In this document: positions 8,671 through 18,695 of the stretch, piece after piece
Layout of the letters: each line of letters opens with the position of its first letter
Numbering within the stretch: position 1 is the first letter of the stretch
Assembly (NCBI GenBank): GCA_963816145.1
Contig: CAWFJP010000001.1
Location: 367,358 to 431,357, forward strand
DNA: 64,000 nt
Direction: 5' to 3'
Source: an uncultured delta proteobacterium
GTDB lineage: Bacteria; Desulfobacterota; Binatia; UBA9968
Made by a program: the position numbers and the translations under genes
Notes under the pieces: generated by a model
Databases searched by the model: none
What the model saw: only the letters and a program-made list of their open reading frames with translations
What the model was told of the DNA's origin: nothing

Positions 8671-10367
8671 GACACCTCCGTGAAGCGGCTGCGTCGGCCG
8701 TAGTATAGATAAACCATCACCGCCGGCAGCATGAAGGCGAGCACCACGAGATTCGCCGCCGCCGCTTGATTGAGACTGCCACCCAACCACAAACCCCAAA
8801 CGATCATCGGCAGCGTAACGTTGCCCTGGCTCGTCACCAGCACCGACGCCATGGTCAGTTCGCGGAAGCACAACAGCGCCATCCACAGCCAGGCGTAGAC
8901 CAACGCCGGCCGCAAAAGCGGCAACAAGATTTTGCGCATCACCTGCCAGAGCGGCAATCCGCCGACAAACGCAGCCTCTTCCAACTCGGGATGAATCTGC
9001 GCCAACGAGTTATTGATGATGCGGGTGGCGAAACTAATTCGGCTGATGGTGTAAACGATAATCAAAATCGCCAAGCTGCCGTAGAGCGAAACCACATCGC
9101 GCAACAGAAACAGCGACGCGAACACCGCGGCGATGGCGAGAATCAAATGCGGTACAGCATGGGGCAAAAACGCCACGGCATCGAAGGCCACGCGCCACTT
9201 GAGTCCCGAACGCAGCACGGTCCAGGAAATCGCCAAACATAAAACCAGCGTCACGGTCGGCACCGTCACCATGAGCAACACCGTATTCCAGGCGCCGTGG
9301 AATAGCAGATTCCACGGCAGGCTGTAAAAATTTTTGAGGGAGACTTGCTCCAACGCCGCCCAAGAGGGCGGCTGAAAATAGCGCAGGAGAGACGCCCAGA
9401 CCAGCAGAAGAAACGGCAACAGCTTGGCAACGGCAAAGAAGCTGCCAAGGAAAAACCAGGCCAAAAGCCAACCGCGCCGGCCCAACTCCACCAGCCGCGG
9501 CCGGTAGCCCTTGCCGGTGACCACCGCGTAGCGATGGGAAAACTTCAAGGTGCGAAAATAGCCCCAGCTCAACAGCAGAGCCAGCACAACCAACAAACTG
9601 CTCACCGCCCCGGCCATGCCGTAGCTTGGCAGCTCTTCCTGCGGTTGGATTTTGTAGAAGATGAAAGTCGAGAAGGTAAAGATTTTGTTCGACATGCCGA
9701 TGATCGCCGGCACTTCGAAGGCCGACAAGCTGATGGTGAAAATATAGATCGATGCGGCGATGATGCCGGGGAAGGTCAACGGCAAAGTTACATGGCGCAG
9801 CGTGCGCAAAATTCCCAGTCCATGCACCCGCGCCGCTTCTTCCAGCGCCGGGTCCATGCTGCGGTAGGTCGCGACGATCATGATGAAGGCGATGGAAGAA
9901 AGCCCCAACCCCTCGACCCAACCCATGCCGACCAGCGAAGCGATGTTGAACGGCGCCTGCTCCAGACCGAACAGTTCGATCAAATACTTGTTGATGATGC
10001 CGATGCGCGGATGCAGCAAAAACACCCAGCCCATGGAGGTGAAAAACGTCGGCACCAGCGCGCCAATGGTCACCAGAGCATAGATGAGATTCTTGCCGGG
10101 CAAATCCGTGCGCTCCGCCAGCCACGCCGTCGGCACGGCGAAAAACAGCGCGACTAAAACCGCCGTGGTCGCGAAACCTATTGTATTGAGCAGCGTGCGA
10201 TAGGTGGAGCCGTCGGTGAACAGTTCGCGATAATGCTTCAGCGTGTAGACCACCGGATCGCCCGGGCTCCCCTGCCAAAATCCCATCCAGAAGATTACCA
10301 GCAGAAACGCCAACACCGGCAGCAAACTGGCCACCGACACGGCGACAAACAACCAGCGGCCTTTCAT
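8667..10367 (-). CDS. ABC transporter permease (FbpB-like, two EAA motifs)
   Basis: Multiple TM segments; LEEAARVHG and LEEAAFVGG. Confidence 0.92.
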   Translation of the reverse strand: MKGRWLFVAVSVASLLPVLAFLLVIFWMGFWQGSPGDPVVYTLKHYRELFTDGSTYRTLLNTIGFATTAVLVALFFAVPTAWLAERTDLPGKNLIYALVTIGALVPTFFTSMGWVFLLHPRIGIINKYLIELFGLEQAPFNIASLVGMGWVEGLGLSSIAFIMIVATYRSMDPALEEAARVHGLGILRTLRHVTLPLTFPGIIAASIYIFTISLSAFEVPAIIGMSNKIFTFSTFIFYKIQPQEELPSYGMAGAVSSLLVVLALLLSWGYFRTLKFSHRYAVVTGKGYRPRLVELGRRGWLLAWFFLGSFFAVAKLLPFLLLVWASLLRYFQPPSWAALEQVSLKNFYSLPWNLLFHGAWNTVLLMVTVPTVTLVLCLAISWTVLRSGLKWRVAFDAVAFLPHAVPHLILAIAAVFASLFLLRDVVSLYGSLAILIIVYTISRISFATRIINNSLAQIHPELEEAAFVGGLPLWQVMRKILLPLLRPALVYAWLWMALLCFRELTMASVLVTSQGNVTLPMIVWGLWLGGSLNQAAAANLVVLAFMLPAVMVYLYYGRRSRFTEVS

Positions 10368-10387
10368 ACTTTCTGCATTGCGTCAGC

Positions 10388-10534
10388 ACCCCTATCCTAA
10401 CCTTCCCCCGTCGAGGGGGAAGGAATCGAAACAGAGTGTCGTCGTTGTTTTGTAACGCTCTTCAATTCGCACCGTCGACAAGCGAACCTTCCCTATTTCC
10501 TCCCCCTTGACGGGGGAGGATTAAGGTAGGGGTG
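10388..10534. repeat. Pair of family C hairpins
   Basis: cccctatcctaaccttcccccgtcgagggggaagg and ttcctcccccttgacgggggaggattaaggtagggg. Confidence 0.8.
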
Positions 10535-10584
10535 AAATCGCCGACTAAACCTGGATTACGAACTACGTCAGACCGATCAATTCT

Positions 10585-11640
10585 TCAGTTGCCCGCCAAG
10601 ATCTTTTGAAACTTTTGTCGGATGCGGCTGTGCTCCTCGGCGTTCTTCATGACATCCGACACCGAATACGAGGTGAACTTCACGCCGCGCTTTTCCTGCT
10701 CGGCGACAAACTTTTGCATCGGCGTGCCCTTGACCAGATGGGAGCTGCTGCGCTCGGTGTTGTAGAGAATATCCTGGCCGTCTTTGCTCAGCAAAAATGC
10801 CGCCAGCAAGGTTGCCGCGTTGGGGTTGCGCGCGTTAGTCGGCACGGTCACATACCAATAAGAAAGGATGCCGGCGTCGCGAAACACCTGGCCATCCACC
10901 GGCCCGCCTTTTTCCTTGGCTTCCTGCGGCGCCGCGAGATCGCAGTTAAAGACCAGCATGGCGAACTCGCCGGCGGCGATGCGGTCGTCTTCGCCGCAGC
11001 GGATCAACCCGGAAACCTGCTTGACGAATTTTTCCAGGAACGCGGTGGTTTTTTCTTCGCCCCAGATCATCGACAGGCGATCGAAGGAGGCCGCGTACGG
11101 GGTCGAGGCGATCTTTCCCTTCCACTTGGGATTGAGCACATCCTCGACCCGCTGCGGGATATCCTTGCCGACAACCATCTTCGAGTTGTAGGTAAACCCC
11201 GGCGTGCGCGTCGTCACGATCAAGACCTTATTGTCGAAATCGATCATCGGAGTCGTGATATGGTTGAAGGTTTTGCTCCAGTCGACGCTTTTGAGCGACA
11301 TGCGCGCCACATGGTTTTCCGAGCCGACGAATAAATCGGTCGACGACGGCTGCCCGGCCTTACCCTCTTGAATAATCCGGCTGGCAAACTGCGGCATGGC
11401 TGGACCGGGAGTGTATTTGAATTGAAGATTCAGTCCGTAGGTCTTGTTGAACGCCTTCTCCAGCGTCGCCGCCCCCTCGATGCCGCCCATGGTGCCGGTA
11501 CCCCAGCTAAGAATCAGCTGGCCTTCCTTCTTCGCCGCCTCGATCAACTGCGCCCGCGTCTGGGCAAAGCAATTGACCGGAATAAATGCAATCCCGATTA
11601 TCAACGCGCTCAACAGCAAAGGGAATCTTACTCTAACCAT
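10585..11640 (-). CDS. ABC transporter solute-binding protein
   Basis: Signal peptide; LIEAAKKEG, LNPKWKGKI and ARNPNAA motifs. Confidence 0.88.
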   Translation of the reverse strand: MVRVRFPLLLSALIIGIAFIPVNCFAQTRAQLIEAAKKEGQLILSWGTGTMGGIEGAATLEKAFNKTYGLNLQFKYTPGPAMPQFASRIIQEGKAGQPSSTDLFVGSENHVARMSLKSVDWSKTFNHITTPMIDFDNKVLIVTTRTPGFTYNSKMVVGKDIPQRVEDVLNPKWKGKIASTPYAASFDRLSMIWGEEKTTAFLEKFVKQVSGLIRCGEDDRIAAGEFAMLVFNCDLAAPQEAKEKGGPVDGQVFRDAGILSYWYVTVPTNARNPNAATLLAAFLLSKDGQDILYNTERSSSHLVKGTPMQKFVAEQEKRGVKFTSYSVSDVMKNAEEHSRIRQKFQKILAGN

Positions 11641-11659
11641 GTCAATCCTCCTCGCGGTA

Positions 11660-11699
11660 AACGAATGGAACTATTGGAACGGCTGGAACCCCTGGAACT
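11660..11699. repeat. Family A 9-bp repeat
   Basis: aatggaactattggaacggctggaacccctggaac. Confidence 0.8.
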
Positions 11700-11707
11700 C
11701 CCCAGAA

Positions 11708-12670
11708 TTAGAGATTCATCTTCTTCCCCAGCCCGCGCTTCACCGCTTCATCGTAAAGCCAAGCGGCAAACGCCATATCGCCGTAGCCGCCCTGGGATTC
11801 GCGAAAAATATTAATCTCATCGCGGTCGGCGCGCCCGACCGCCTGGCCGGTGATCACTTCGCCCAGCTCAGGGACTCGGCTCCAAGAAAGCTTTCCTTCG
11901 GCGGCGAGTTCGACCAACGGCAGCGCCGCCGATTTATCGGCGTAATTGCGCTCCTGCTCCTGGCTGCCGACCACGGTGCGCCCGGCTTTCAAGTGCAAAT
12001 CCCGGCTGATCTCCGTGGGCTTGCCCATGCTGCTGACATGGGTGCCGGCGTCGACCCAATTCGCCGGGAATATCGGCGTCAGCGAATTGGTCGCGGTGAG
12101 GATTACGTCCATGTCGCGCACGGCTTCTTCCGCCCTGTCGACACCGCGCACGCTGATGCCAAGCACATTCTCGCCCTGCTCGCAAAATCTCTTGCGCCGC
12201 TCGGGATCGCGGCTCGACACGTAGATCTCTTTGATCGGCCGCACCGATTGCAGAGCTTTGATAATCCCGAAAGCGTTGCGCCCAACGCCAAACAGTCCGA
12301 GTTTCTTGGAGTCGTCACGCGCCATATGTTTGGCAGCGATGGCGACCACCGCCGCCGTGCGCAGCGTGCCGAAAGGAAAACCCATGAACGCCAACAACTC
12401 GCCGCTCTCGGCATCGAACAGCGTGGCATACATCTTATCGCCGCCGCCAAGCCCGCTGTTTGGTCCCAGGCGCACACCGACGCGCTTTTGCTTGAGCACC
12501 GCGCCGGAGACGATGCGCAAAGTTTTGCTCGGCCCGACGGTGATGTTATACGGCGCATGGGCGACAATCTGCCCCGCCGCCTGCTGCCGATGCGCATCCT
12601 CGATCAGCTCGATTGCCTTCGGTAGATCGAGCAACGGCGTCAATTCATCACGACTAAGTAATAGAGGCAT
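11708..12670 (-). CDS. Ornithine cyclodeaminase / mu-crystallin family protein
   Basis: MPLLLSRDE start; LRTAA, GVGRNA, TATNS and IFRESQG..GD motifs. Confidence 0.88.
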   Translation of the reverse strand: MPLLLSRDELTPLLDLPKAIELIEDAHRQQAAGQIVAHAPYNITVGPSKTLRIVSGAVLKQKRVGVRLGPNSGLGGGDKMYATLFDAESGELLAFMGFPFGTLRTAAVVAIAAKHMARDDSKKLGLFGVGRNAFGIIKALQSVRPIKEIYVSSRDPERRKRFCEQGENVLGISVRGVDRAEEAVRDMDVILTATNSLTPIFPANWVDAGTHVSSMGKPTEISRDLHLKAGRTVVGSQEQERNYADKSAALPLVELAAEGKLSWSRVPELGEVITGQAVGRADRDEINIFRESQGGYGDMAFAAWLYDEAVKRGLGKKMNL

Positions 12671-12690
12671 ATATCTCTCCGCTTTGAATA

Positions 12691-12845
12691 CGTTCCAATC
12701 GTTCAAGCCGTTCAATCGCTGCGCTCCGTTCAAATCGTATCGGAGGTTTCAAACCTTGTACGCTCCGGCTCTTTCCTCCCCCGCACCCGCGGGGGAGGAT
12801 TAAGGAGGGGGTCGAACGACTTGAACGTTTGGAACGTTTGGAACC
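12691..12845. repeat. Composite palindrome: family A arms around a family C core
   Basis: gttccaatcgttcaa...gctccgttcaa, then the C hairpin, then tcgaacgacttgaacgtttggaacgtttggaacc. Confidence 0.8.
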
Positions 12846-12849
12846 GCGG

Positions 12850-14068
12850 TTACGTCCGCGTAACCGCTAATTCATGCGGCCTTTTCCCCAGCCGCCGTCC
12901 GCCGTTCTCGGTCACGACCACGGTGTCGCCCCACTGGCAAATATACTCGCCGTCCGCCGAGATCGCCGACGGCTTGCAGATGAAAACCATATTCTCGCGC
13001 ATCGCCACCGCCAACTGGCGCGGGCTCTTGGCGTGGGGCGTGATAATCGGGCCGTCATCACCCTGCCCGCGCCCATGCATGTTGAGTTCGCCGCGCGCCC
13101 CCGCGGCCGGGCCGCTTTTCGGCGCGGCGTTTTGCGCCGTCGATTTGGTCAACTCGGCGAGTTCGCCGACGGTGACGCCCGGCTTCAAGTTTTCCACTAC
13201 GCGATTGAAAACCTCCCGCTGCACTTTGACCAGTTCGGCTTGAACCGGATCGATGACTTCGACATAGACCGGCTGCACCGCTTGGGCGCGATAGCCGATC
13301 CACGACGCTTCGATCTCGTTGATGATCGCGTCGCCGCGCTCCAGCAGGCGCATGCTCGGCCGGGTCAGCGTGCGCTTGGGGTTTTTTCCCGACACCCAAA
13401 AGCAATGCACCGGTAGCTCGGAGCCGTTGCGCGTCATGGCGTAATGCATCGCCGCCCACACTTCCCAGTCCTTGACGCCAACTTTGGCCGCTTCGATCTC
13501 CGCCTCGATCGGCCAGCTCGTTGATCTCCATCGACTTGGCGAGGACGTCGATCTCTTCCTGACTTTTCACATAACGCACTTCGTCGAGGATCGCCGTGGC
13601 GTCGACCAGTTGCGCATGGGGAAAGGCTTCGCGAATCTGCTTCCAGGTGCCGTAAAAGATCGTGCCCTCTGGCGTGCGCGTGCCTTCGACTTCGCCGAGA
13701 CCGGTGATGCCGATCCGGCCGCGGTCGAGCTTTAATTCTCTCAAACGTTCGACAATCACCCTGCCGTAATTGCGCCGCGCCTCGCGCACATCGACAACCC
13801 AATCCTGCACCGTCGGCCAGCGCGGCGCCGCCGAAGTCGCGATCACCGTCACCGCCCCTTCTAGTGGCAACACCGCCGCCAAATCCGGTTCACCGCCGCC
13901 GCAGTGAGTCAAATAGCGCGTGTTGGCTTGATAGTCAGCCGAATGGCCGCTGTTCTGCGGAGTGACGATGACGTCGAGATTTTGCTGCCGCATCAACTCG
14001 CGCACAGCCTGCCAGCGCCGGTCGCGCTCAGCGAGTGAAAAACGTGGATAGGGATAGAGTTCAGCCAC
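12850..14068 (-). CDS. M24 (creatinase / Xaa-Pro peptidase fold) protein, frameshift near 13512
   Basis: ORFs 13058-14086 and 12850-13461 join if one base is removed (ELAIEAEIEAA); RYVKSQEEI and GDTVVVTENGGRRLG motifs. Confidence 0.8.
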
Positions 14069-14101
14069 AAAAATTCCTAGAAACAACTCGGGAAGGTAGT
14101 C

Positions 14102-14182
14102 TCACCACGAAGGCACGAAGATCACGAAGTTCGGAATGCTTGTTGTCCGAAACCTTCGTGTCCTTCGTGCCTTCGTGGTGAA
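14102..14182. repeat. Family B palindrome (CACGAAG)n...(CTTCGTG)n
   Basis: caccacgaaggcacgaagatcacgaagttcgga...ccttcgtgtccttcgtgccttcgtggtg; homologs at 5319, 29164, 52244 and 61198. Confidence 0.85.
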
Positions 14183-14202
14183 CATTCCGATTGCCTCGGC
14201 AC

Positions 14203-15382
14203 TTAAACATCAATTACGAGCAGCTTCAGCTCGCGCTTGCCCAAACGGCGCGCGCCATTTTCCGTCACCGTTACGGTGTCGCCGATGCTGGCGCGGCCCT
14301 TGCCCTGCGTCGGGCGAACCTGTGGTTTGAGAATAAAGGTCATGCCGGCTTGCAGCTCGATCTTGGCAAACCGTTCGATATCCTTATCACCCATCAGCGC
14401 CGGTCCGTCGTCGCCCAACCCGCGCGCGTGCATCATCGGATGGTTCCAAGAATATGGCCCAGCACCTTCCACCGTACGCGTGTAGATGTCGAACAAAGTG
14501 CCAAAAGTCACCCCTGGTTTCATGGCAGCGAGGACCGCGTCGAAGCAGGCACGCGAGATTTCAACCATCGTCTGAAACGACGGGATCGGTTTACCGACCA
14601 CGGCGGGGCAGACCGCCTGAGCCGCATAACCACCATACTTGGCTTCGATCTCGTCGATGATCTGATCGCCGGCTTGAATAACGTAATCGGTGGGAACAAA
14701 TGAGCTATTGAACAGCCCCGGCCCCGCGCTCAAGAAAAACAGCGTCGGCAACTCGCCGCCGTTGGAGAGCATGGTGTGAAGCATCGAGGCATAAACTTCC
14801 TTTTCGCTCACGCCGGGCTTTGCGGTCTGCCGCAATGTTTCGATGGCTTTCTCGATGATCGCCGCCGAGCGTTCGAGCATGGCCACTTCTTCGGCACTTT
14901 TCACCGCACGAACGTCCTGCATCATATCAGTGGCGTTGACTAATACGGCGTGCGGCATGGCTTCTTGAATCGCCTTGACGGAGGAATAAGGAATGATTCC
15001 TTCCGGCGCGCGCACGAGACCTGCGAGACCCGAAATACCGATAGTGCCTTTCTCCAATTTCAATTCTTTGAGGCGCTCGATGGCGTTTTGGCTCCAGCGG
15101 TTGCGTCCGTCGCGCACATCCGCCACCCAGTTCTGCGCCTTCTGCCACCAGCCGGCACGATTGAAAACATACGACGTAACTTCCCCTTGCGCAGGGAAAC
15201 ACCGTGAACATCTCGGTGGCGAAACCGCCGATATTGGTCAGATAGCGCGAGTCGCCCTGCAACTGCTCCCAGCGGCCGGTGTTCGCCGGCAACAGCAGCA
15301 CATCGATGCCGCGCTTGGCCATCTCCGCGCGAACTAGTTGATAACGCCGATCGCGCTCTTGGATCGATAACTGTGGAATCAT
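14203..15382 (-). CDS. M24 family protein, frameshift near 15193
   Basis: MIPQLSIQERDRR start; removing one base gives FPAQGEVTSYVFNRAGWW, which joins ORF 14203-15126; paralog of 12850-14068. Confidence 0.8.
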
Positions 15383-15476
15383 CTTGTCCTCGCTTTGCTC
15401 GGAATTAGAAATTGCCATTCCAAATTCCATATTCCAAAAATTTGGGAATCTGAAGTTCTGCTCGCACACCTCTCGC

Positions 15477-16466
15477 CTACTTAATCACCTTCGTCGCCCG
15501 CGTGAGCAGGATCGGCGGAATTGTTAGACCCAGAGTTTTAGCCGTCTTGAGATTGATCACCAGTTCGAACTTCGTCGGCTGTTCGACCGGAATGTCGGCT
15601 GGCTTGGCGCCCTTAAGGATTTTGTCCACCATCACCGCGGCGCGCTGATACGGTTCAACATCGTCGGGACCATACGACATCAACCCGCCATTAACGATCA
15701 CACGTGATTGCGCGTAAATCGCCGGCAGTCGATTTTTTGCCGCCAGGTTAATGATTTGTTTTTGCACAGACGCGAGCAATGCGCCTGACGTCCCGGCAAG
15801 AGCCCCACTACCCGCCTTAATTGCATTTGTGAAGCCGCCGTCCAGTTCAGCCGCGCTGTTTATTTTCAAGGAATGTAGTTGCAAGCCCAGCTCTTTTGCC
15901 TGCCGTTGGCTTTCTTCCCATATCTGCGTCGAGCCTTCGTTCTGTGGATCCCACAGCACTGCGACCCGAGAGAGTTTGGGAACGGTTTCTTTCAGTAGCT
16001 CCAGTCGCTTGCCGGCCAACGCAAACGCAATCTGGGCAAACCCGGTGACGTTGCCTCCAGGCCGCGCCAGACTGTCAACCAAGCCAAGCGTAACAGGGTC
16101 GGAGCCCCCTCCTGTAAATACAATCGGAATCGTCTTGGTAGCATTTTGGGCGGCTCGGGTGTCATTAGCCCCGGGCGTAACGATGACGTCAACCTTTAGC
16201 CGGACCAAATCATTGGCAAGGCCGGGCAATCGATCGTATTTCGTATCGGCACCGCGAGACTCGAAAGCTACATTCTTACCTTCGACGTAACCGAGTTTGC
16301 CGAACTCTCGAACGAACGACTCACGCCAATTCGATGAGCTGCCTGCACCGGAACCGGAGCTAAGAAAGCCGATCTTCGCCATCTTCGCCGGCTGCTGCGC
16401 TGAGACGGGGTAAATAATTGTCGGCAGGAAAATCGTCAGCAGCAAGACCAGGATTTCTTTTTTCAT
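15477..16466 (-). CDS. ABC transporter substrate-binding protein (ABC_sub_bind type)
   Basis: LGYVEGKN, SLARPGGNVTG, KRLELLKE and PVEQPTKFELVINLKTAK motifs. Confidence 0.92.
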   Translation of the reverse strand: MKKEILVLLLTIFLPTIIYPVSAQQPAKMAKIGFLSSGSGAGSSSNWRESFVREFGKLGYVEGKNVAFESRGADTKYDRLPGLANDLVRLKVDVIVTPGANDTRAAQNATKTIPIVFTGGGSDPVTLGLVDSLARPGGNVTGFAQIAFALAGKRLELLKETVPKLSRVAVLWDPQNEGSTQIWEESQRQAKELGLQLHSLKINSAAELDGGFTNAIKAGSGALAGTSGALLASVQKQIINLAAKNRLPAIYAQSRVIVNGGLMSYGPDDVEPYQRAAVMVDKILKGAKPADIPVEQPTKFELVINLKTAKTLGLTIPPILLTRATKVIK

Positions 16467-16515
16467 CGGACTTTCTTTCCTGCTAATGCCTACTGCCTAT
16501 TGCCTATTGCCTTCT

Positions 16516-17655
16516 TCATTTCCCCGACCGCTGCCGCGCGGCATTAATCAAATCGCCCACCGGTTTCCACTCCATCCAATCGGCGCGGATAATTTCGATG
16601 TAGTTGACATCTTTCTTGCGCCGCGCCGCTTCGGGGACGTACTCCAGCGGCAGGTCTTCGCGCATGGAGGTGGTAATTTCGTCCTCGATGGTATTGTTCG
16701 CCTGGCGAAAAGCGATCTGTCCCTCGCGCGACAGATACCAGTTGATGAACACCCGAGCCGCATTGGCATGGGGCGCGTTGTTCATCAGCGCGATGGCGCC
16801 GTTGTTGGAGCCGATCCCCGGAGCTTCTTTGAAGTGATAGACGCTGGCTTCCTCCACCGGCAAACCCTGTTCTTGGGCCCGGCGCAGGCGGCAGAGGAAG
16901 CAAATCGGCGCCTTCCCTGCCGCCAGCCAGTCGGTGCCCTGGCGAAAATCGCTGAAATAAGTCACATCCATGTCGGCGTAAAAGCGTTCGAGAAACTTCG
17001 GCCCAATCTGCGGATGGTGATACATAAACAGCAACGCCGTCGACACGTAATTGGCCCGCGGCCACAAGCCGATCATCTTGCCTTTCCATTTGGCATCGAG
17101 CAGATCCCAGACCGACTTGATCGTATCGATGTTAACGAGTTTGGTGTTGAAATAAATCGGCGGACCATACTTGGTGCTCTGATAAACGAACACATACTGC
17201 CCTTCAGGATCGACATAGCGGTGTTTACCTTTCCACCATTTCGACAAATCGGTCACCTCGGGCAGGATTAACGCCGGCGCCAGCGGATCGAGAGTCTTGC
17301 CACGATATAAACTATTGTAAGTCGCGCCCGGCGCGCCAAGCACGACATCCGGGTAATATTGGCTCGCCCGCCGTTCGGCCATGATTTTGGTGACGATTTC
17401 ACTGGTCGTGCTGATCGGCACTGCGGTCAGCTTGATCTTGGGAAACTTCTTCTTGAAGGCGTCCCAAATCACCGTAAGCTCGCCGACAGAGTTGGTCGCA
17501 TAGACGCTGACCTCACCCTCCTTCTCCGCCGCCCGCACCACATCCTCCCAGCGCGCCTGCGCCGCTAGCGCCAAGGTGATGTCAACGCACGTAAGTAACA
17601 CAGCGATAAGAGCCACGACTCGACCGCCCGAATTGCCTATCATAGCCTTACTCAT
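16516..17655 (-). CDS. ABC transporter solute-binding protein
   Basis: AAEKEGEV, DLLDAKWKGK and APHANAARVFINW motifs. Confidence 0.88.
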   Translation of the reverse strand: MSKAMIGNSGGRVVALIAVLLTCVDITLALAAQARWEDVVRAAEKEGEVSVYATNSVGELTVIWDAFKKKFPKIKLTAVPISTTSEIVTKIMAERRASQYYPDVVLGAPGATYNSLYRGKTLDPLAPALILPEVTDLSKWWKGKHRYVDPEGQYVFVYQSTKYGPPIYFNTKLVNIDTIKSVWDLLDAKWKGKMIGLWPRANYVSTALLFMYHHPQIGPKFLERFYADMDVTYFSDFRQGTDWLAAGKAPICFLCRLRRAQEQGLPVEEASVYHFKEAPGIGSNNGAIALMNNAPHANAARVFINWYLSREGQIAFRQANNTIEDEITTSMREDLPLEYVPEAARRKKDVNYIEIIRADWMEWKPVGDLINAARQRSGK

Positions 17656-17675
17656 GCCTCTCCTCGCCTCACGCC

Positions 17676-18617
17676 TTACTCGATGCTAATTTCCTGCCCC
17701 AAGCCGCGCCGCTTCGCTTCCTCGTAGGCATAAGCCGCCAAGGTTAAGTCGCCATAGCCGCCCTGGGAGTCGCGAAAGACGATCAAATTGCGTGACAGGT
17801 CCGGCACCGCTACTTTACCGGTCACGACGTCGCAATATTCCGCGACGCCATCCCACGAGAGTTTGCTCTGCCGCGACAGGCGAACCAGCGGCTGATCAAG
17901 CTTGGTGTCGTAATAATTGAGTTCATGAGCCTTGCTCGTCACGCAGATCAGATTCGCATTGAGATAAACGTCGTCGTCGAATTCATTGGGCCGGCCGATG
18001 CCGAAAATCGCCAGCCCTGGGCGGAGCCATTGTCCGAGGACCGCCGCCGCCGGTGAGTTGGTGCTCGCGGTGACAAAATCGGCCTGCTCGATCGCTTGCG
18101 CGGCGGACTCCACAGCAACCACGTCAACCCGCAAACGCTCGCGCGCCTGGAGGGCAAATTTCTCGCGATTCTCGGCGCTGCGGCTATAGACCAAAACACG
18201 CTCGATGGGACGAAGTGCGCAGGCCGGCTCGAGCGCCGCGAAGGCCAAGCGGCCGCTGCCGATCATCGCCACGGTTTTGGCCTTGGCATCGGTAAACCGC
18301 TCGATCGCCAGTCCCACCGTCGCGCTAATGCGCAAATTGCTGAACGGATATCCCATCAACGCGAGCAGTTTGCCGCTGCTGATCTCAAACAAGAGCGCCA
18401 ATGCTTCCCCGCCTGTCACGCTGACGCGCAAGCCGTTTTTGTTCTGCGCTTCCAGCCCGCCCACCACCATGCGCATGCCGCGGTTCATAAACCGCAGCGG
18501 CGCCACTTGTTTCACCCGACCGGCCGCTTGTTCGCGAAACGTCTGCTCCAGCACCGTCATCGCCTGGCGCAAATCAAGCAACCCCGCCACTTCCGACTGG
18601 CGTAGAATCAAAGTCAT
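17676..18617 (-). CDS. Ornithine cyclodeaminase / mu-crystallin family protein
   Basis: LRISA, IGSGRLA and VFRDSQGGYGD motifs; paralog of 11708-12670. Confidence 0.85.
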   Translation of the reverse strand: MTLILRQSEVAGLLDLRQAMTVLEQTFREQAAGRVKQVAPLRFMNRGMRMVVGGLEAQNKNGLRVSVTGGEALALLFEISSGKLLALMGYPFSNLRISATVGLAIERFTDAKAKTVAMIGSGRLAFAALEPACALRPIERVLVYSRSAENREKFALQARERLRVDVVAVESAAQAIEQADFVTASTNSPAAAVLGQWLRPGLAIFGIGRPNEFDDDVYLNANLICVTSKAHELNYYDTKLDQPLVRLSRQSKLSWDGVAEYCDVVTGKVAVPDLSRNLIVFRDSQGGYGDLTLAAYAYEEAKRRGLGQEISIE

Positions 18618-18695
18618 GGATTATTCACAGCGGGCAGCCACAAAACCTCCGAGCTCACGCCTCGTGCCTCAAGCCTCACGCCTCACGCCTTTCCC

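Noticed and set aside
6320-15200. Frameshifts near 6326, 13512 and 15193 (also 63.5-63.8 kb) as programmed frameshifting or true pseudogenes
   Set aside because: The reconstructable ones are isolated +1 insertions with no slippery sites, in otherwise intact genes, which is most consistent with sequencing or assembly error. Read mapping would confirm.
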